Assembly (NCBI GenBank): GCA_004431415.1
Contig: QPMI01000479.1
Span: 116,175 to 180,174 of the forward strand
DNA: 64,000 bases
Direction of reading: 5' to 3'
Origin: Cyanophora paradoxa CCMP329
Lineage: Eukaryota > Plantae > Glaucophyta
Numbering within the stretch: the stretch's first letter is position 1; the number at the start of each line of letters is the position of its first letter. The position numbers and the translations under genes are program-made. Shown here one piece after another: positions 23,993-33,610 of the stretch. The notes beneath the pieces were generated by a model. That model had not been told where the DNA came from, made no database searches, and saw only the letters and a program-made list of their open reading frames with translations.

Positions 23993-24092
23993 ACCGAAAC
24001 TTCACCGAAACTTCACCGAAACTTCACCGAAACTTCACACCGAAACTTCACCGAAACTTCGCACCGAAACTTCACCGAAACATCACTGAAAC
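23993..24092 (+). repeat. 11-bp tandem repeat ACCGAAACTTC
   Basis: Directly visible; copy number differs at 42758-42890. Confidence 0.9.
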
Positions 24093-24219
24093 TCCATCAA
24101 TCTCGGTCATACATATGTATTTTATTACCAACTGCTCCGTTTTCAATTCTGAAAGCAGATTCGGAATCCTCTCGGCAGCAGCTATCAGGTTTCGTCGAGA
24201 CCGGGCACTAACAAAATAA

Positions 24220-24228
24220 AAAATTGAC
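24220..24228 (+). promoter_or_regulatory. AAAATTGAC putative early promoter
   Basis: About 30 nt upstream of the ATG at 24260. The motif recurs upstream of four other genes. Confidence 0.55.
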
Positions 24229-24259
24229 AAGGATTTTTTGGATTCTCTCAACTTCTGCT

Positions 24260-24502
24260 ATGGATCCCATCTACCAAGACCCTGCTATCATCCATGCTTC
24301 CCAGTCAGATTGGATACATGATTTCAAGACTGCTTTCTATTACAATTTCTTCATGTCACAGCCAGAGCATGTGAGACTGTTCTTTGTTTACAATTACCAA
24401 CTGGTTTCAAACCTTGAAACTTTCTTCTTGGAAATTATTGAAAAAGATAGACAAATGAGGAAAATTCGCCAGAGGTCTAAGAGATTCCGAAAACGTTGTT
24501 AA
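24260..24502 (+). CDS. 80-aa hypothetical protein with basic C-terminus
   Basis: Conserved in both elements with mostly synonymous changes; stop abuts the integrase stop. Confidence 0.65.
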   Translation: MDPIYQDPAIIHASQSDWIHDFKTAFYYNFFMSQPEHVRLFFVYNYQLVSNLETFFLEIIEKDRQMRKIRQRSKRFRKRC

Positions 24503-24503
24503 T

Positions 24504-25904
24504 CTATTTCCTCTGACCACTTCGTAAATTAAATCGAGTTTGGGGTGCAGTATATGTTTCCTTGGTGGTTGAAAAGTCATTATACCATCTCTGACTGTTA
24601 ACTTCTGATAATTTCTGGGTTCCTGCTATGGTCAACTTCTTCAACTCTTTCTCTACTCTGCCCTTCTTTTGTGCTCTTGCTTCTGTGAGGGGTTCTTTTG
24701 GAACTTCACTTGCTTTTTCTATGCCCTCCTTTCTGATTGCTGAATCAACCCTGGCTTCCTCTTTTGCCTGTTCAAGGGCATCCACTGTGGGAGTTTCATG
24801 ATACTCAACACCTTTAATGGGCAGCAGTTCATGAAAAGCGAATCTACCATCAACTATCTCACCACTGGGACTTCTGATTCTGAATTTGAAGCCCTCTCTG
24901 CCCTCCACACTATAAACAATTCGAGACCAATTAACACCCTGCTTTGCAAATGGATTCTTTTCAACTTTCACTCTCACAAACATTCCAGGTTTCAGAGCAT
25001 CAAGATACTCAATCGATTTCTTGAATCTCTGATCCTCCATATTCACTATCTCTTTGTAGTGGGCTTCTGTGGTCTCTGCTGGTTTTCTCTTGGTTGCAGA
25101 GTGGATGGTATTATTATAATTATACTCAATATCACCCAACACATCAAAAAATCGGGCAGTATTATTTGCAATGCAGTAGTTTGTGATCAATCTCTTGATC
25201 TGTCTGTTAAAGGCTTCAATCCGACCTTGGGTTCTGTGATCTGCAACATCACTTAGTTGATGCTCAATGAATTTCGTTCCCAAATAATCTGTGAATAACA
25301 CATTGGTAAATTCGCTTCCACTATCACTCTGAATGCGAACAATTGGTCTGGGGACTCTCTGTTCAAGTTGCTTGAATGCTGCAAGTGTAGTAAGAGCACT
25401 CTTGTCTCTCATTGGAATTATGAACCCTGTTCTCAGGGTTGATTCCATTGCACTCATAAATGTATCATAACCATCATTCTGCTTTTTGTATGCAGGAAAG
25501 AAGAGCAGATCAATCACATAGGTATCAAGGGGTTGCCTAATTGGAATCATGGGATCTCTCTTTCGAGATAGGGTGGGTGCATTAATCTGGACGACCTCCT
25601 GCTTATCATACCACTCTCTCATCTTCTTGTAGTTCTCCTCTGGTAGTTCCTGTCTCATTGCAGTAAATCCCTTGTAACCTGTTCTGGGATCATAGAACTT
25701 CTTAGCAATCTTCGACTCTTTTGGTGCTGTCTCAGCTGGGAGGGTCTCTGGAATTAATTGCTTGACCATCTCTGATCTTTTCAATATTCGACTGCTCTTC
25801 TCCTCCACTGGAACTGTGATGGGCAGGATATTCCCTCGATCTTCAATTGCCTCTTTTCTCACAATTCTTGGTGGTTGTCTCAATCCTATTTGTGTAGAAG
25901 GCAT
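24504..25904 (-). CDS. Polinton-type retroviral-like (rve) DDE integrase
   Basis: FYDPRTGY, YVIDLLF, IQSDSGSEF, GRIEAFNRQIK, YNNTIHSATKRKP. Confidence 0.92.
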   Translation of the reverse strand: MPSTQIGLRQPPRIVRKEAIEDRGNILPITVPVEEKSSRILKRSEMVKQLIPETLPAETAPKESKIAKKFYDPRTGYKGFTAMRQELPEENYKKMREWYDKQEVVQINAPTLSRKRDPMIPIRQPLDTYVIDLLFFPAYKKQNDGYDTFMSAMESTLRTGFIIPMRDKSALTTLAAFKQLEQRVPRPIVRIQSDSGSEFTNVLFTDYLGTKFIEHQLSDVADHRTQGRIEAFNRQIKRLITNYCIANNTARFFDVLGDIEYNYNNTIHSATKRKPAETTEAHYKEIVNMEDQRFKKSIEYLDALKPGMFVRVKVEKNPFAKQGVNWSRIVYSVEGREGFKFRIRSPSGEIVDGRFAFHELLPIKGVEYHETPTVDALEQAKEEARVDSAIRKEGIEKASEVPKEPLTEARAQKKGRVEKELKKLTIAGTQKLSEVNSQRWYNDFSTTKETYTAPQTRFNLRSGQRK

Positions 25905-26087
25905 CTTTACCTTATCTCTCATATAATAAATGCAAGAGTCTGTGTGGAAAGAGAACACAATTCCAAACTATTTTGCAATCGAGCCCAATGACCCTGGATT
26001 AAGATGTATTTGGCTGCTGCATTTAATTCGCGGTTTATTACTTCTTGGAGAGCGAAACCAAAGAAAAAGAAAGATTAATGAAGTAGA

Positions 26088-26723
26088 TTAGAGCCCAAAT
26101 GGAATGCTGTGAATTCCATCGTCTAATATCTTCCTTTTGCTATCGAGTTGGTTTAGAGCCACCCTTCTGCTCTCCAAATCATATAGGTTGTGGTCTTGTC
26201 TTCGCTTGTTTACTACTGCTACTGTTTTGGTGATGCCTTCAAACAGGCATCTCTTGAAATCATCAAAGTGAACCTCTTTGGAGGAAGTCCCACCGAAGTC
26301 AGGTCAACAAATGAAGGTCAACCGAGTCTTAATTGCTCTCAGGTCTTGGAGTTTCTGTCTGAGTCTCTGAGGTAGAGTGGGTGCAATTCTCTCCAAGAAT
26401 TCAATCCCATCTTGGATAACCTCCCCTCTTGCTCGATAGGTTAACCAAGAGTATGCTTTGTTCATTGCTTCCCCATCTTCAATCTCTGGTGCAATCGCTC
26501 CCAACCTTAAACCTTCATCCCTGAATTCCTCCATTTTCTCAAAACGATCATACAGTCGATTTGTAATTTCTGTGAGTTGAGATAATCTTGGTCTCCTATC
26601 CAGGATTGCTGCCTGGCGATCATATTCGAATTCTGTAATATCACCAGTAACTAAAAGGGTTCCTAAAAGACCGAGTATTTCGTTTTTCTTTTCTTTGATG
26701 ATTCTATTTGATTGGCGGGGCAT
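26088..26723 (-). pseudogene. pPolB remnant (2,660-bp internal deletion plus 14-nt filler)
   Basis: Both ends match 44868-48148; junction at 26293-26306. Confidence 0.93.
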
Positions 26724-26779
26724 CTTTTACTTTAAGGGAACATATTATTTTGGGGCGTTTTAAACGCATTTCCCATTTT

Positions 26780-26971
26780 TCAGGTTCTAATGATTCGCAC
26801 ATTCGTGCCTTTGGGGACATATACATTAACTGTGTCGAGTCTGCTTGCATAAACACGCTTCTTTTGATAGGTTCTACCATAACCTGCTCTGATCTTTGCA
26901 ATATAATCCGCCACCTCTGCAATATCATTCTTTTCGACAAGCTGCTGCCGAATTTCATCAAAATAATCCAT
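26780..26971 (-). CDS. 63-aa hypothetical protein upstream of pPolB
   Basis: Identical protein in both elements despite nucleotide changes; AAAATTGAC upstream. Confidence 0.6.
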   Translation of the reverse strand: MDYFDEIRQQLVEKNDIAEVADYIAKIRAGYGRTYQKKRVYASRLDTVNVYVPKGTNVRIIRT

Positions 26972-27018
26972 TTTCTGTCTTAGTCAAGTGAAATACGCAA
27001 CCATCCCTTAAATCGCCA

Positions 27019-27027
27019 GTCAATTTT
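27019..27027 (-). promoter_or_regulatory. AAAATTGAC putative early promoter (63-aa ORF/pPolB)
   Basis: GTCAATTTT on the + strand, about 48 nt from the ATG at 26971. Confidence 0.55.
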
Positions 27028-27113
27028 TGTCACAACACAACGATTTTCGATACGTTTTTATATTGTCCAATTATTATTCGCGAAAGTGATCGACCCACAG
27101 GGGGCGTCTGTGG

Positions 27114-27256
27114 TTAATTGGGTGTGACGCCTGTGACGCCTGTGACACCTGTTTTCAGAGGTTTGTAGATTTTTGAAATTTTAAAAAGTTTGAAAGCAGG
27201 CGTCACAGGCGTCACAGGCGTCACACTCAATTAAAAAGGTGTCACAGCTGTCACAC
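27114..27256. repeat. Internal iteron-like module: (TGTGACGCC)n, AT-rich spacer, (GGCGTCACA)n; candidate replication origin
   Basis: Same module occurs twice in each TIR; this copy lies just downstream of the primase-helicase stop. Confidence 0.7.
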
Positions 27257-27323
27257 AAACCATTTACAGTAAGTTTTTAAAAAATAAGAAATTAAATCAG
27301 TATTAGAATCGATTCTGTTTTGT

Positions 27324-29687
27324 TTACTCATCCCCACCTTCAACATCACTGTCATCCACCAACTTGCGACTATGCTTCTTTTTGATCCCAAAGTAGCCAC
27401 GAGCAAGAACACCATTGACTCGCTTTCTCTCAGCCTTCACATTAAAGACTTCGCGAAGTCTCTTCAAGATAGTGCATTCTGTGATTTTCTCATCAGATTT
27501 GCCCATGTGATCTATCTTAAAGTGACTGATAATGGACTCACTTGTGGCGAAATCCCCTTGACTCTTGGTGAGTTCATAACTCTCACGAATCCATTCTCCA
27601 ATCTTGTCATTCTCATTGAAATATTCAACACCTTGATCAACAATGGACTGGGGTGGTTTGGTGACGAATTCATTGAGAGAATGGGTTCTCCACATTTCCA
27701 GGAGAATGGACATATGCGCCATTTTATAATCGTCATCATTCTTCATTAGGCGCATGAGAGTGGTGTCTGCTTTCTTCTCACCAGGCTGAGGATCGACCTT
27801 GAAGACATTTTCGAATCGGTAGTAGATAATTCGCCTTTGAATTGCTGCATCTGGTTTACTGATTCCCAAGTTGTCATTTGTGGACAAGAACAACTGGAAC
27901 ATGGGAATGAATGTAACAAGATCTTTGAAAAGAGCTCGAACCTTCATCTCATTCCCACCAGTAACCTGTTTGATTTTGTTCAGTTGAAGCATATCACCAT
28001 CTTCTGCTTCATTACTGAAAACAATTCGTTTACCAAGAATGCAAGCGAGTTCTGGGGAAGCCTCTGACGAACTCTTCTTGGGTTTAGTCCAATATGTCAT
28101 GTCCAGTGACCCATAATACTCACCAAATGTGTCTTTCACCAACTCTTGGAGCAGTGATTTCCCATTTGCTCCAATTCCAGTCCAGCAAGTGTATCTCTGA
28201 TTTTCTGTCAAACCACTCAGGGCATAGGCAATTAATCCCATCATAAATTCGCGGTTTTCATCAGATTCGATAATATCTGCATAGATGGATTTAATCTTCG
28301 CAACTTTCTCTTGGTCAATTTCTGTGGTGTAATCGTAGCCAACAGTCTTACTCACCATATCATCTGGGAGTCCCTGTCGAAAAGTCATGGAGTTCAGGTC
28401 AAACACACCATTTGTAAATCCAATGATGTTGGGAACAGTATCAAGTCTCTCGAAAAAGGTCTTGTCACTGAACAGAACTGAAAGATCAGACATAAGTGCA
28501 GTTCTGTATGTAGTCTGTTTGAGGCTCTTAGCAATTCCCAGCAGAATCTTTGACCTTTCCTCCAAGGAATTGCGGTTCTCTTCATCACGAAGTGCTCTCT
28601 GTGCGAGTTGAACAGAACGTTGAAGATAAACTGGACAGACCTTGCAGCTCAAACAGAGAAAGATTCGCTTCCCAGTTTCATCCATCTCCCAAATCCCACA
28701 TACATCATTGAACTTGAACCAGGTCTTGTTGGAATACTTGTATTTGTCTTGCAGAACAAGATAGGCAACCTGTGCAACATCATAATGGGCACCATCAGAT
28801 CCAGCAGACCGATCAATCAGATTTTCGATCTTCACATCTGTCTCTTCCTTCACACGAACTGTGATGCTTCGCTTTTTGCAGTTTGCACTGTAACTCGAAA
28901 CAATATATTTGTCCTTCTCCTTCCCTTGAACAATATACCAATTGTTCGAGTCATGGCTTCCCTTGCAGCAGGGACAGATCAGACCTTTGTTCTCAGCAGT
29001 GAAATTGTATCCCATCTTGGTCTCATTGATGATTGTGGGCAAGATGAAACCGAATTCTTCGAGTTTAGAAAGAATATGTTTCTGCAAATTCTCCTCAGCG
29101 CACCTTGCATAATAAGAATGTGCACCTTTGGGGAATTCGTAGTTTTCAACAATCCACTTTTGCAACTCAGCAGTGGGTTCATTTAACTCACACTCAGATG
29201 CCCATGGCTCTCTGATCCATGTTTTGTTGGGACTGGGACAAACATTAATTACCCCAGCAGTCCCAGTGGATGCAATCGTTTTGCAGTCGATCTTGGGGTT
29301 TCCTTTGAATGCACCTGCTTTATCCCAGATCTTAATGGTGTCGAATTCAGCAGGTCGAGCGAAATAAGCATGATATCCTTTTTTGGTTTTAGCAAGTGGA
29401 TTAACACCACCGAAATCATCAGGGAATTGCTCCTCGAATTTGGCGAAGTCCTCCTCTTGGTCGAAGTCAATTACCATGATATTACGAGCGAGAATGCCCC
29501 AAGCAGTATACTTACCGGATTTCAGGGCTTCATCGAATTTATCCCAAGTCCAGGTTCCGTCTTTATGAGCGAATAGCGGTCTCTTGGTATCAGGATCAAC
29601 AGGAATTACGATATTCTCAGACAGGACATCGTCTTCACGAAGCCAGTCAACAAGGCGTTTCAGGGATTTCTTGGCGGCAGCGTTCAT
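27324..29687 (-). CDS. Prim-Pol primase fused to a D5-like superfamily 3 helicase
   Basis: VIPV...KRP, VIDFD, TKKGYHAYF, CPCC..H zinc site, IGFTNGVFDL, Walker A GIGANGKS, AIQRR. Confidence 0.92.
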   Translation of the reverse strand: MNAAAKKSLKRLVDWLREDDVLSENIVIPVDPDTKRPLFAHKDGTWTWDKFDEALKSGKYTAWGILARNIMVIDFDQEEDFAKFEEQFPDDFGGVNPLAKTKKGYHAYFARPAEFDTIKIWDKAGAFKGNPKIDCKTIASTGTAGVINVCPSPNKTWIREPWASECELNEPTAELQKWIVENYEFPKGAHSYYARCAEENLQKHILSKLEEFGFILPTIINETKMGYNFTAENKGLICPCCKGSHDSNNWYIVQGKEKDKYIVSSYSANCKKRSITVRVKEETDVKIENLIDRSAGSDGAHYDVAQVAYLVLQDKYKYSNKTWFKFNDVCGIWEMDETGKRIFLCLSCKVCPVYLQRSVQLAQRALRDEENRNSLEERSKILLGIAKSLKQTTYRTALMSDLSVLFSDKTFFERLDTVPNIIGFTNGVFDLNSMTFRQGLPDDMVSKTVGYDYTTEIDQEKVAKIKSIYADIIESDENREFMMGLIAYALSGLTENQRYTCWTGIGANGKSLLQELVKDTFGEYYGSLDMTYWTKPKKSSSEASPELACILGKRIVFSNEAEDGDMLQLNKIKQVTGGNEMKVRALFKDLVTFIPMFQLFLSTNDNLGISKPDAAIQRRIIYYRFENVFKVDPQPGEKKADTTLMRLMKNDDDYKMAHMSILLEMWRTHSLNEFVTKPPQSIVDQGVEYFNENDKIGEWIRESYELTKSQGDFATSESIISHFKIDHMGKSDEKITECTILKRLREVFNVKAERKRVNGVLARGYFGIKKKHSRKLVDDSDVEGGDE

Positions 29688-29717
29688 TTCGATAATCGGA
29701 GGCTTCTTATACTTAAT

Positions 29718-29735
29718 GGAGAAATTAATTTCTCC
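29718..29735. promoter_or_regulatory. Perfect 18-bp palindrome GGAGAAATTAATTTCTCC upstream of the primase ATG
   Basis: Lies between the AAAAATGAC motif (29744-29752, - strand) and the ATG at 29687; conserved at ~51154-51171. Confidence 0.5.
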
Positions 29736-29881
29736 GGATCCTTGTCATTTTTTGGCGGCTAACCTTTAAATACCTTTGGGTTTTCCGATTGGCGCTCGAT
29801 ATATGGTAATGATCCATCGAAAAGTCGATTGATCATGGTAACAAAAAGGATTCAGCGGATATTTGGGACTTTGGGGGCGGT

Positions 29882-30109
29882 TCAGTATTTCCTGGGACGA
29901 CCAACTGGGCGTTTTACTGGATTATTGGGATCCATCTCAGCAGCTTTCCTGCGATAATATCGTTCCAGTGCCTTTTTCCGATATAATTCACGAAATTCCT
30001 CATCTTGATAACGTTTCTGGAAATACAAGCGGTCATACAACCTTTTCCTCTCATTGGGATCCATTTCGCTCATTGCAAGTTCGAATTCGACCACAGATTC
30101 AGTTTCCAT
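29882..30109 (-). CDS. 75-aa basic protein with C-terminal AT-hook
   Basis: KRPVGRPRKY; identical protein in both elements. Confidence 0.72.
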   Translation of the reverse strand: METESVVEFELAMSEMDPNERKRLYDRLYFQKRYQDEEFRELYRKKALERYYRRKAAEMDPNNPVKRPVGRPRKY

Positions 30110-30310
30110 TTGATATGTTCCTTATATTTGGACGAGAAAATAATTTGTCCGGGTTCACCAATCAAACACACCTTACCCTTAAATCCCTTGTCATTTTTTG
30201 CAGATCGAGACCAGTTCCTGTCTACGCTTTTTTATTGCGTCTTCTGTTGCATATTCAGCGGATTTCCTTTCAAGGATAGCATAGATCTCAGAGAGACTGA
30301 GCATTCGATA

Positions 30311-30544
30311 TTAATTACCGAGATTTAATTTCGGATCTGTGAAAGATACAGAGCGTCGCCTCACTGTCTCTGTTTTAATATGCTCCTCGAAATCCACCGA
30401 GTCTGTGGATAATCGCCTACCGCCAGATCCATGACTTTCAGTGTCAGAGAATTCGATTTCGACTTTTGTATCACAGCAACCACTGTGACAATTGCTCACA
30501 ATGTGGAGATTAAACATTTCAATGATTTTTCGCAAGAAATCCAT
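30311..30544 (-). CDS. 77-aa protein with CHSGCC motif
   Basis: Identical protein in both elements with synonymous changes. Confidence 0.6.
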   Translation of the reverse strand: MDFLRKIIEMFNLHIVSNCHSGCCDTKVEIEFSDTESHGSGGRRLSTDSVDFEEHIKTETVRRRSVSFTDPKLNLGN

Positions 30545-30571
30545 GATGCTCTCTCTCTTAAAGCGAGATAA

Positions 30572-31306
30572 TTATAGCCAAACTCGTCGTTTATATACTG
30601 TTGGGGCAACACCTTTATCGACCTCTGATTTGGTAGCACCAGGTTCAATGGTTCCCTTCTGGGTTTTGGTCTTCATCTCATCAACTGCCTGCTCATCAAT
30701 TTGAGTCTCTTTTTTACCAATGAACTGCTTATCTGGAAGACCAGTGATTCCCATTCTATACACCTCCTTTCGCAGCATCTCCTTTAATTTCGCTCTCTCT
30801 TTCTTCTCAGAGACATACTGTTCAAGTGCACTCGATTTCGCTTCCAGATCTTTAAGTTTCGCAGTCATTTCGTCCCATTGGGCTTTGGGAATTCGGTGGA
30901 TGTTTTGAGTTGGTGCTGTCTTGTAGGTCACCTCACCAGCCATGGATTGAATTACCTTGTCTGATTCCTTGGAGACACCTTCACCTTTGCGAGCAAGTGA
31001 GAGATCTTGCAGACCCAGTCCTTTATCATCAGCAGCACCAATAATTCGACGAGCACCTTCACCAACTGCTTTCATCTTTGTGGCTTCGGGCGAAATATTC
31101 AATTGATCACTGGTGGATGTTTGAGGCGCTTTATCATCTGTTGATTCTTCGTAAGCAGCATTGAGGGGATCCTCCTGTTGCTGTGATGCTTTAACTTCAT
31201 TGACACCATTGAATTTCATGGGCTCTGTGTTAATAGAACCGGTTCCAGAGGATGCAGAATATGACATAGCACCAGCAGGAACACCAACTTTGCGTTTGGA
31301 AGGCAT
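30572..31306 (-). CDS. 244-aa charged hypothetical protein (possible core protein)
   Basis: Located in the morphogenesis cluster; conserved with mostly synonymous changes. Confidence 0.7.
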   Translation of the reverse strand: MPSKRKVGVPAGAMSYSASSGTGSINTEPMKFNGVNEVKASQQQEDPLNAAYEESTDDKAPQTSTSDQLNISPEATKMKAVGEGARRIIGAADDKGLGLQDLSLARKGEGVSKESDKVIQSMAGEVTYKTAPTQNIHRIPKAQWDEMTAKLKDLEAKSSALEQYVSEKKERAKLKEMLRKEVYRMGITGLPDKQFIGKKETQIDEQAVDEMKTKTQKGTIEPGATKSEVDKGVAPTVYKRRVWL

Positions 31307-31334
31307 TGTATATTTATAAGAAGCAGAGATTATT

Positions 31335-32117
31335 TTACAATCCTCTCTTATATCGCATCAGTTTGTTTGAATGAACACCACTCTTTACCTCCTTGGGTGC
31401 TTCCTCTTTCTGTGGAGATGGTAGTTCATCTTCTTTCTTTTTGGGCTTCCTGTGGAACCGAGGAAATGCGAAATCTTTGACCAGATCCGCTTTATCAACA
31501 TAATAGTTCACCGAATAATTCGCAGAAGACCACACAATATATTGGTAGGAGTGCACATACTCCTCAAACATCTTATAGAAATCGTCTTTGTTTCGCATGA
31601 TATTATATTCCTCTTCAATTGCTTCGAGCTCTTTGCGATTAGCAGCACTCAGGAACACAGCATAATCCGAATTTACTCGAATTGTTGAAGAAACCTTCCT
31701 CAGCTTCTGTGTGATGCAGATAATCGAGATTTTCGAATGGCGACCTCTGGAATAAAGAGATCCCACGATTTTGTCTCGGGTCAAATCAATGATTTCGTTG
31801 TCTATTAGATCATCTAAGACCACACACAGGTGATTGACAGGTTCCCCTTTTTCGATTTTCTCCTGCCTTTCATCCAGTAATTTGGAAATGTAAGCAGCAT
31901 CCCATTTCCCGAGTTGCATTGTTGCAACTGCATCCCAGAAATGATTGAAGGACGTCCCACTCACAACAAGAACAGTATCAATCTTTTTCGCATCATGCAG
32001 CTGTTTCAACCAATATTTCACACATTCTGACTTGCCTGTTGCAGACTTTCCTATGAAAAGAGCACGAAATGGTGGGGTTATCATTTCACCTGCATTAAAC
32101 TCCTCTAAATCGTTCAT
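31335..32117 (-). CDS. A32-like FtsK/HerA genome-packaging ATPase
   Basis: GKSATGKS, VVLDD, SRGRH, ICITQ, IRVNSDY. Confidence 0.93.
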   Translation of the reverse strand: MNDLEEFNAGEMITPPFRALFIGKSATGKSECVKYWLKQLHDAKKIDTVLVVSGTSFNHFWDAVATMQLGKWDAAYISKLLDERQEKIEKGEPVNHLCVVLDDLIDNEIIDLTRDKIVGSLYSRGRHSKISIICITQKLRKVSSTIRVNSDYAVFLSAANRKELEAIEEEYNIMRNKDDFYKMFEEYVHSYQYIVWSSANYSVNYYVDKADLVKDFAFPRFHRKPKKKEDELPSPQKEEAPKEVKSGVHSNKLMRYKRGL

Positions 32118-32179
32118 GGCTTTGTAGATCTTTCTTATTAAAGATAGATAAAAATAACAAACTGTTACTGATAATGGTT

Positions 32180-33556
32180 TTACAGATTAATGCGACGAAG
32201 ACCATCTTTGTCAACAATAATGAAACTGTGCATGAGAGCACGAACATTAACTGTGATTGTCTGGTCAGAAGGCATGTATAGAGTGAGGAAAGAGGAGGAG
32301 GAGTTCGTGAGATCAACATAGCCAGACTGGGCAATGTTGCGAATCGCTTTCTCTCCATCAACACAGAATGGTAGACCACTGAGGACATATTTGTCTGCAA
32401 CCTTGTCCATATTTGAGCACTTGAAGGCATCCGCAATTAATTCGGCACCTTTGAGAAGAGGGATGGGCTCAGTAGCATAGAGACGTTGACCATTAATTTC
32501 AACAGTGAAAGTAATGTCTTTTGAGTTAGCATACGTTTTCAGAACACTGTGGGAACCATTGAAACCATCAATACCTGCGGCATCACGAACTGAAACAAGA
32601 AGACCATAGACAAGACCAGAGATCTGTGACAGGTTAATACGATTTGGTTGAGCATTTCCTTTTGCAGCAAAATTGACACTGTCTACGATACCAATATCCA
32701 GAGCAGGAATAGCCATACCAGTGGTCTTCACCTTCTCAATGACAGTAGCAAACAGTTCATCAGAAACATTAATAGCATGCATGTAAAGACGAGGAGAAGT
32801 GACTTTAATTTCGGGGGTTGTTCCAGAGATGGTGAAAGTGGTGATCTGTTGACCAACATGGGCAAGATCTAGAGTAGCATTAGCAGTAGCACCAAGTCCA
32901 TCATCCTCTGTCTTATCAGCAGCTGTTCCACCAACAACTGGAAGAGCACGACCACCATAAGAAGTCTCAACATAACCCTTTCCAGCATCCTTGAACCAGA
33001 CAGTCACCACCATTTCTCCTGAGAGAGCACCAAGAGGGAGGTAGTGGTTTAGCCATGGGACGGGGATTTCAACAAAGAATGACCCACCAAGTCGGTTGGT
33101 TCCATGGGCAGGGATACCATGAACCATACCCATTGAACGCTTCTTCTTGGCGAGTTGATCCTCACTGTAATAGATAAGAGGGAAATGAGCAAGGAAATCA
33201 GAAGGCACATGGAAAGTGTAAGATCCATAGGTGATTTCAAGTCGAGAGACAAGAGCACCAACTGGGCGAACGTATCCATTGCGAACAAGGTCGGTATCAC
33301 CAGCAAAAGTGACAGCTGGAAGGTCAAACGCAAGTTCGAGTTTTCCACAGAAATTGTAGCGAGGGAGCTTGAAAGAAATGCGATTTCCAGCATTATTCTC
33401 GAAAGTGTTGCTTGGGTTCACAACAACAAGAACTGGCTTCGACTTGGATTCAAGACCAAGCATGAGAGAGTTGTCCAGGAAGAACGCCTTGGCTTCTTCC
33501 GGGGTTGTTAGAGCTTCTTTCAGAGAAAGACGTTGGAGGGTCGAAGTAATATCCAT
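32180..33556 (-). CDS. Major capsid protein (double jelly-roll, inferred), 458 aa
   Basis: Size, beta-rich pattern (RISFKLPR...LELAFDLP) and position between the ATPase and penton-like genes. Confidence 0.75.
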   Translation of the reverse strand: MDITSTLQRLSLKEALTTPEEAKAFFLDNSLMLGLESKSKPVLVVVNPSNTFENNAGNRISFKLPRYNFCGKLELAFDLPAVTFAGDTDLVRNGYVRPVGALVSRLEITYGSYTFHVPSDFLAHFPLIYYSEDQLAKKKRSMGMVHGIPAHGTNRLGGSFFVEIPVPWLNHYLPLGALSGEMVVTVWFKDAGKGYVETSYGGRALPVVGGTAADKTEDDGLGATANATLDLAHVGQQITTFTISGTTPEIKVTSPRLYMHAINVSDELFATVIEKVKTTGMAIPALDIGIVDSVNFAAKGNAQPNRINLSQISGLVYGLLVSVRDAAGIDGFNGSHSVLKTYANSKDITFTVEINGQRLYATEPIPLLKGAELIADAFKCSNMDKVADKYVLSGLPFCVDGEKAIRNIAQSGYVDLTNSSSSFLTLYMPSDQTITVNVRALMHSFIIVDKDGLRRINL

Positions 33557-33610
33557 GATTATCTCTTTTATTATACTGCAACATAAAAAATTCACCAATG
33601 ATCCTTGATT

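Noticed and set aside
23558-24211. Repetitive ORFs (HHRNH, TETSPKLHRNF) here and at 42343-42937
   Set aside because: Products of the repeat arrays; frames are not conserved between the two elements.
27372-29769. Antisense and alternate-frame ORFs over the primase, capsid, integrase and polymerase genes
   Set aside because: Shadow ORFs of well-supported genes, with no recognisable motifs.
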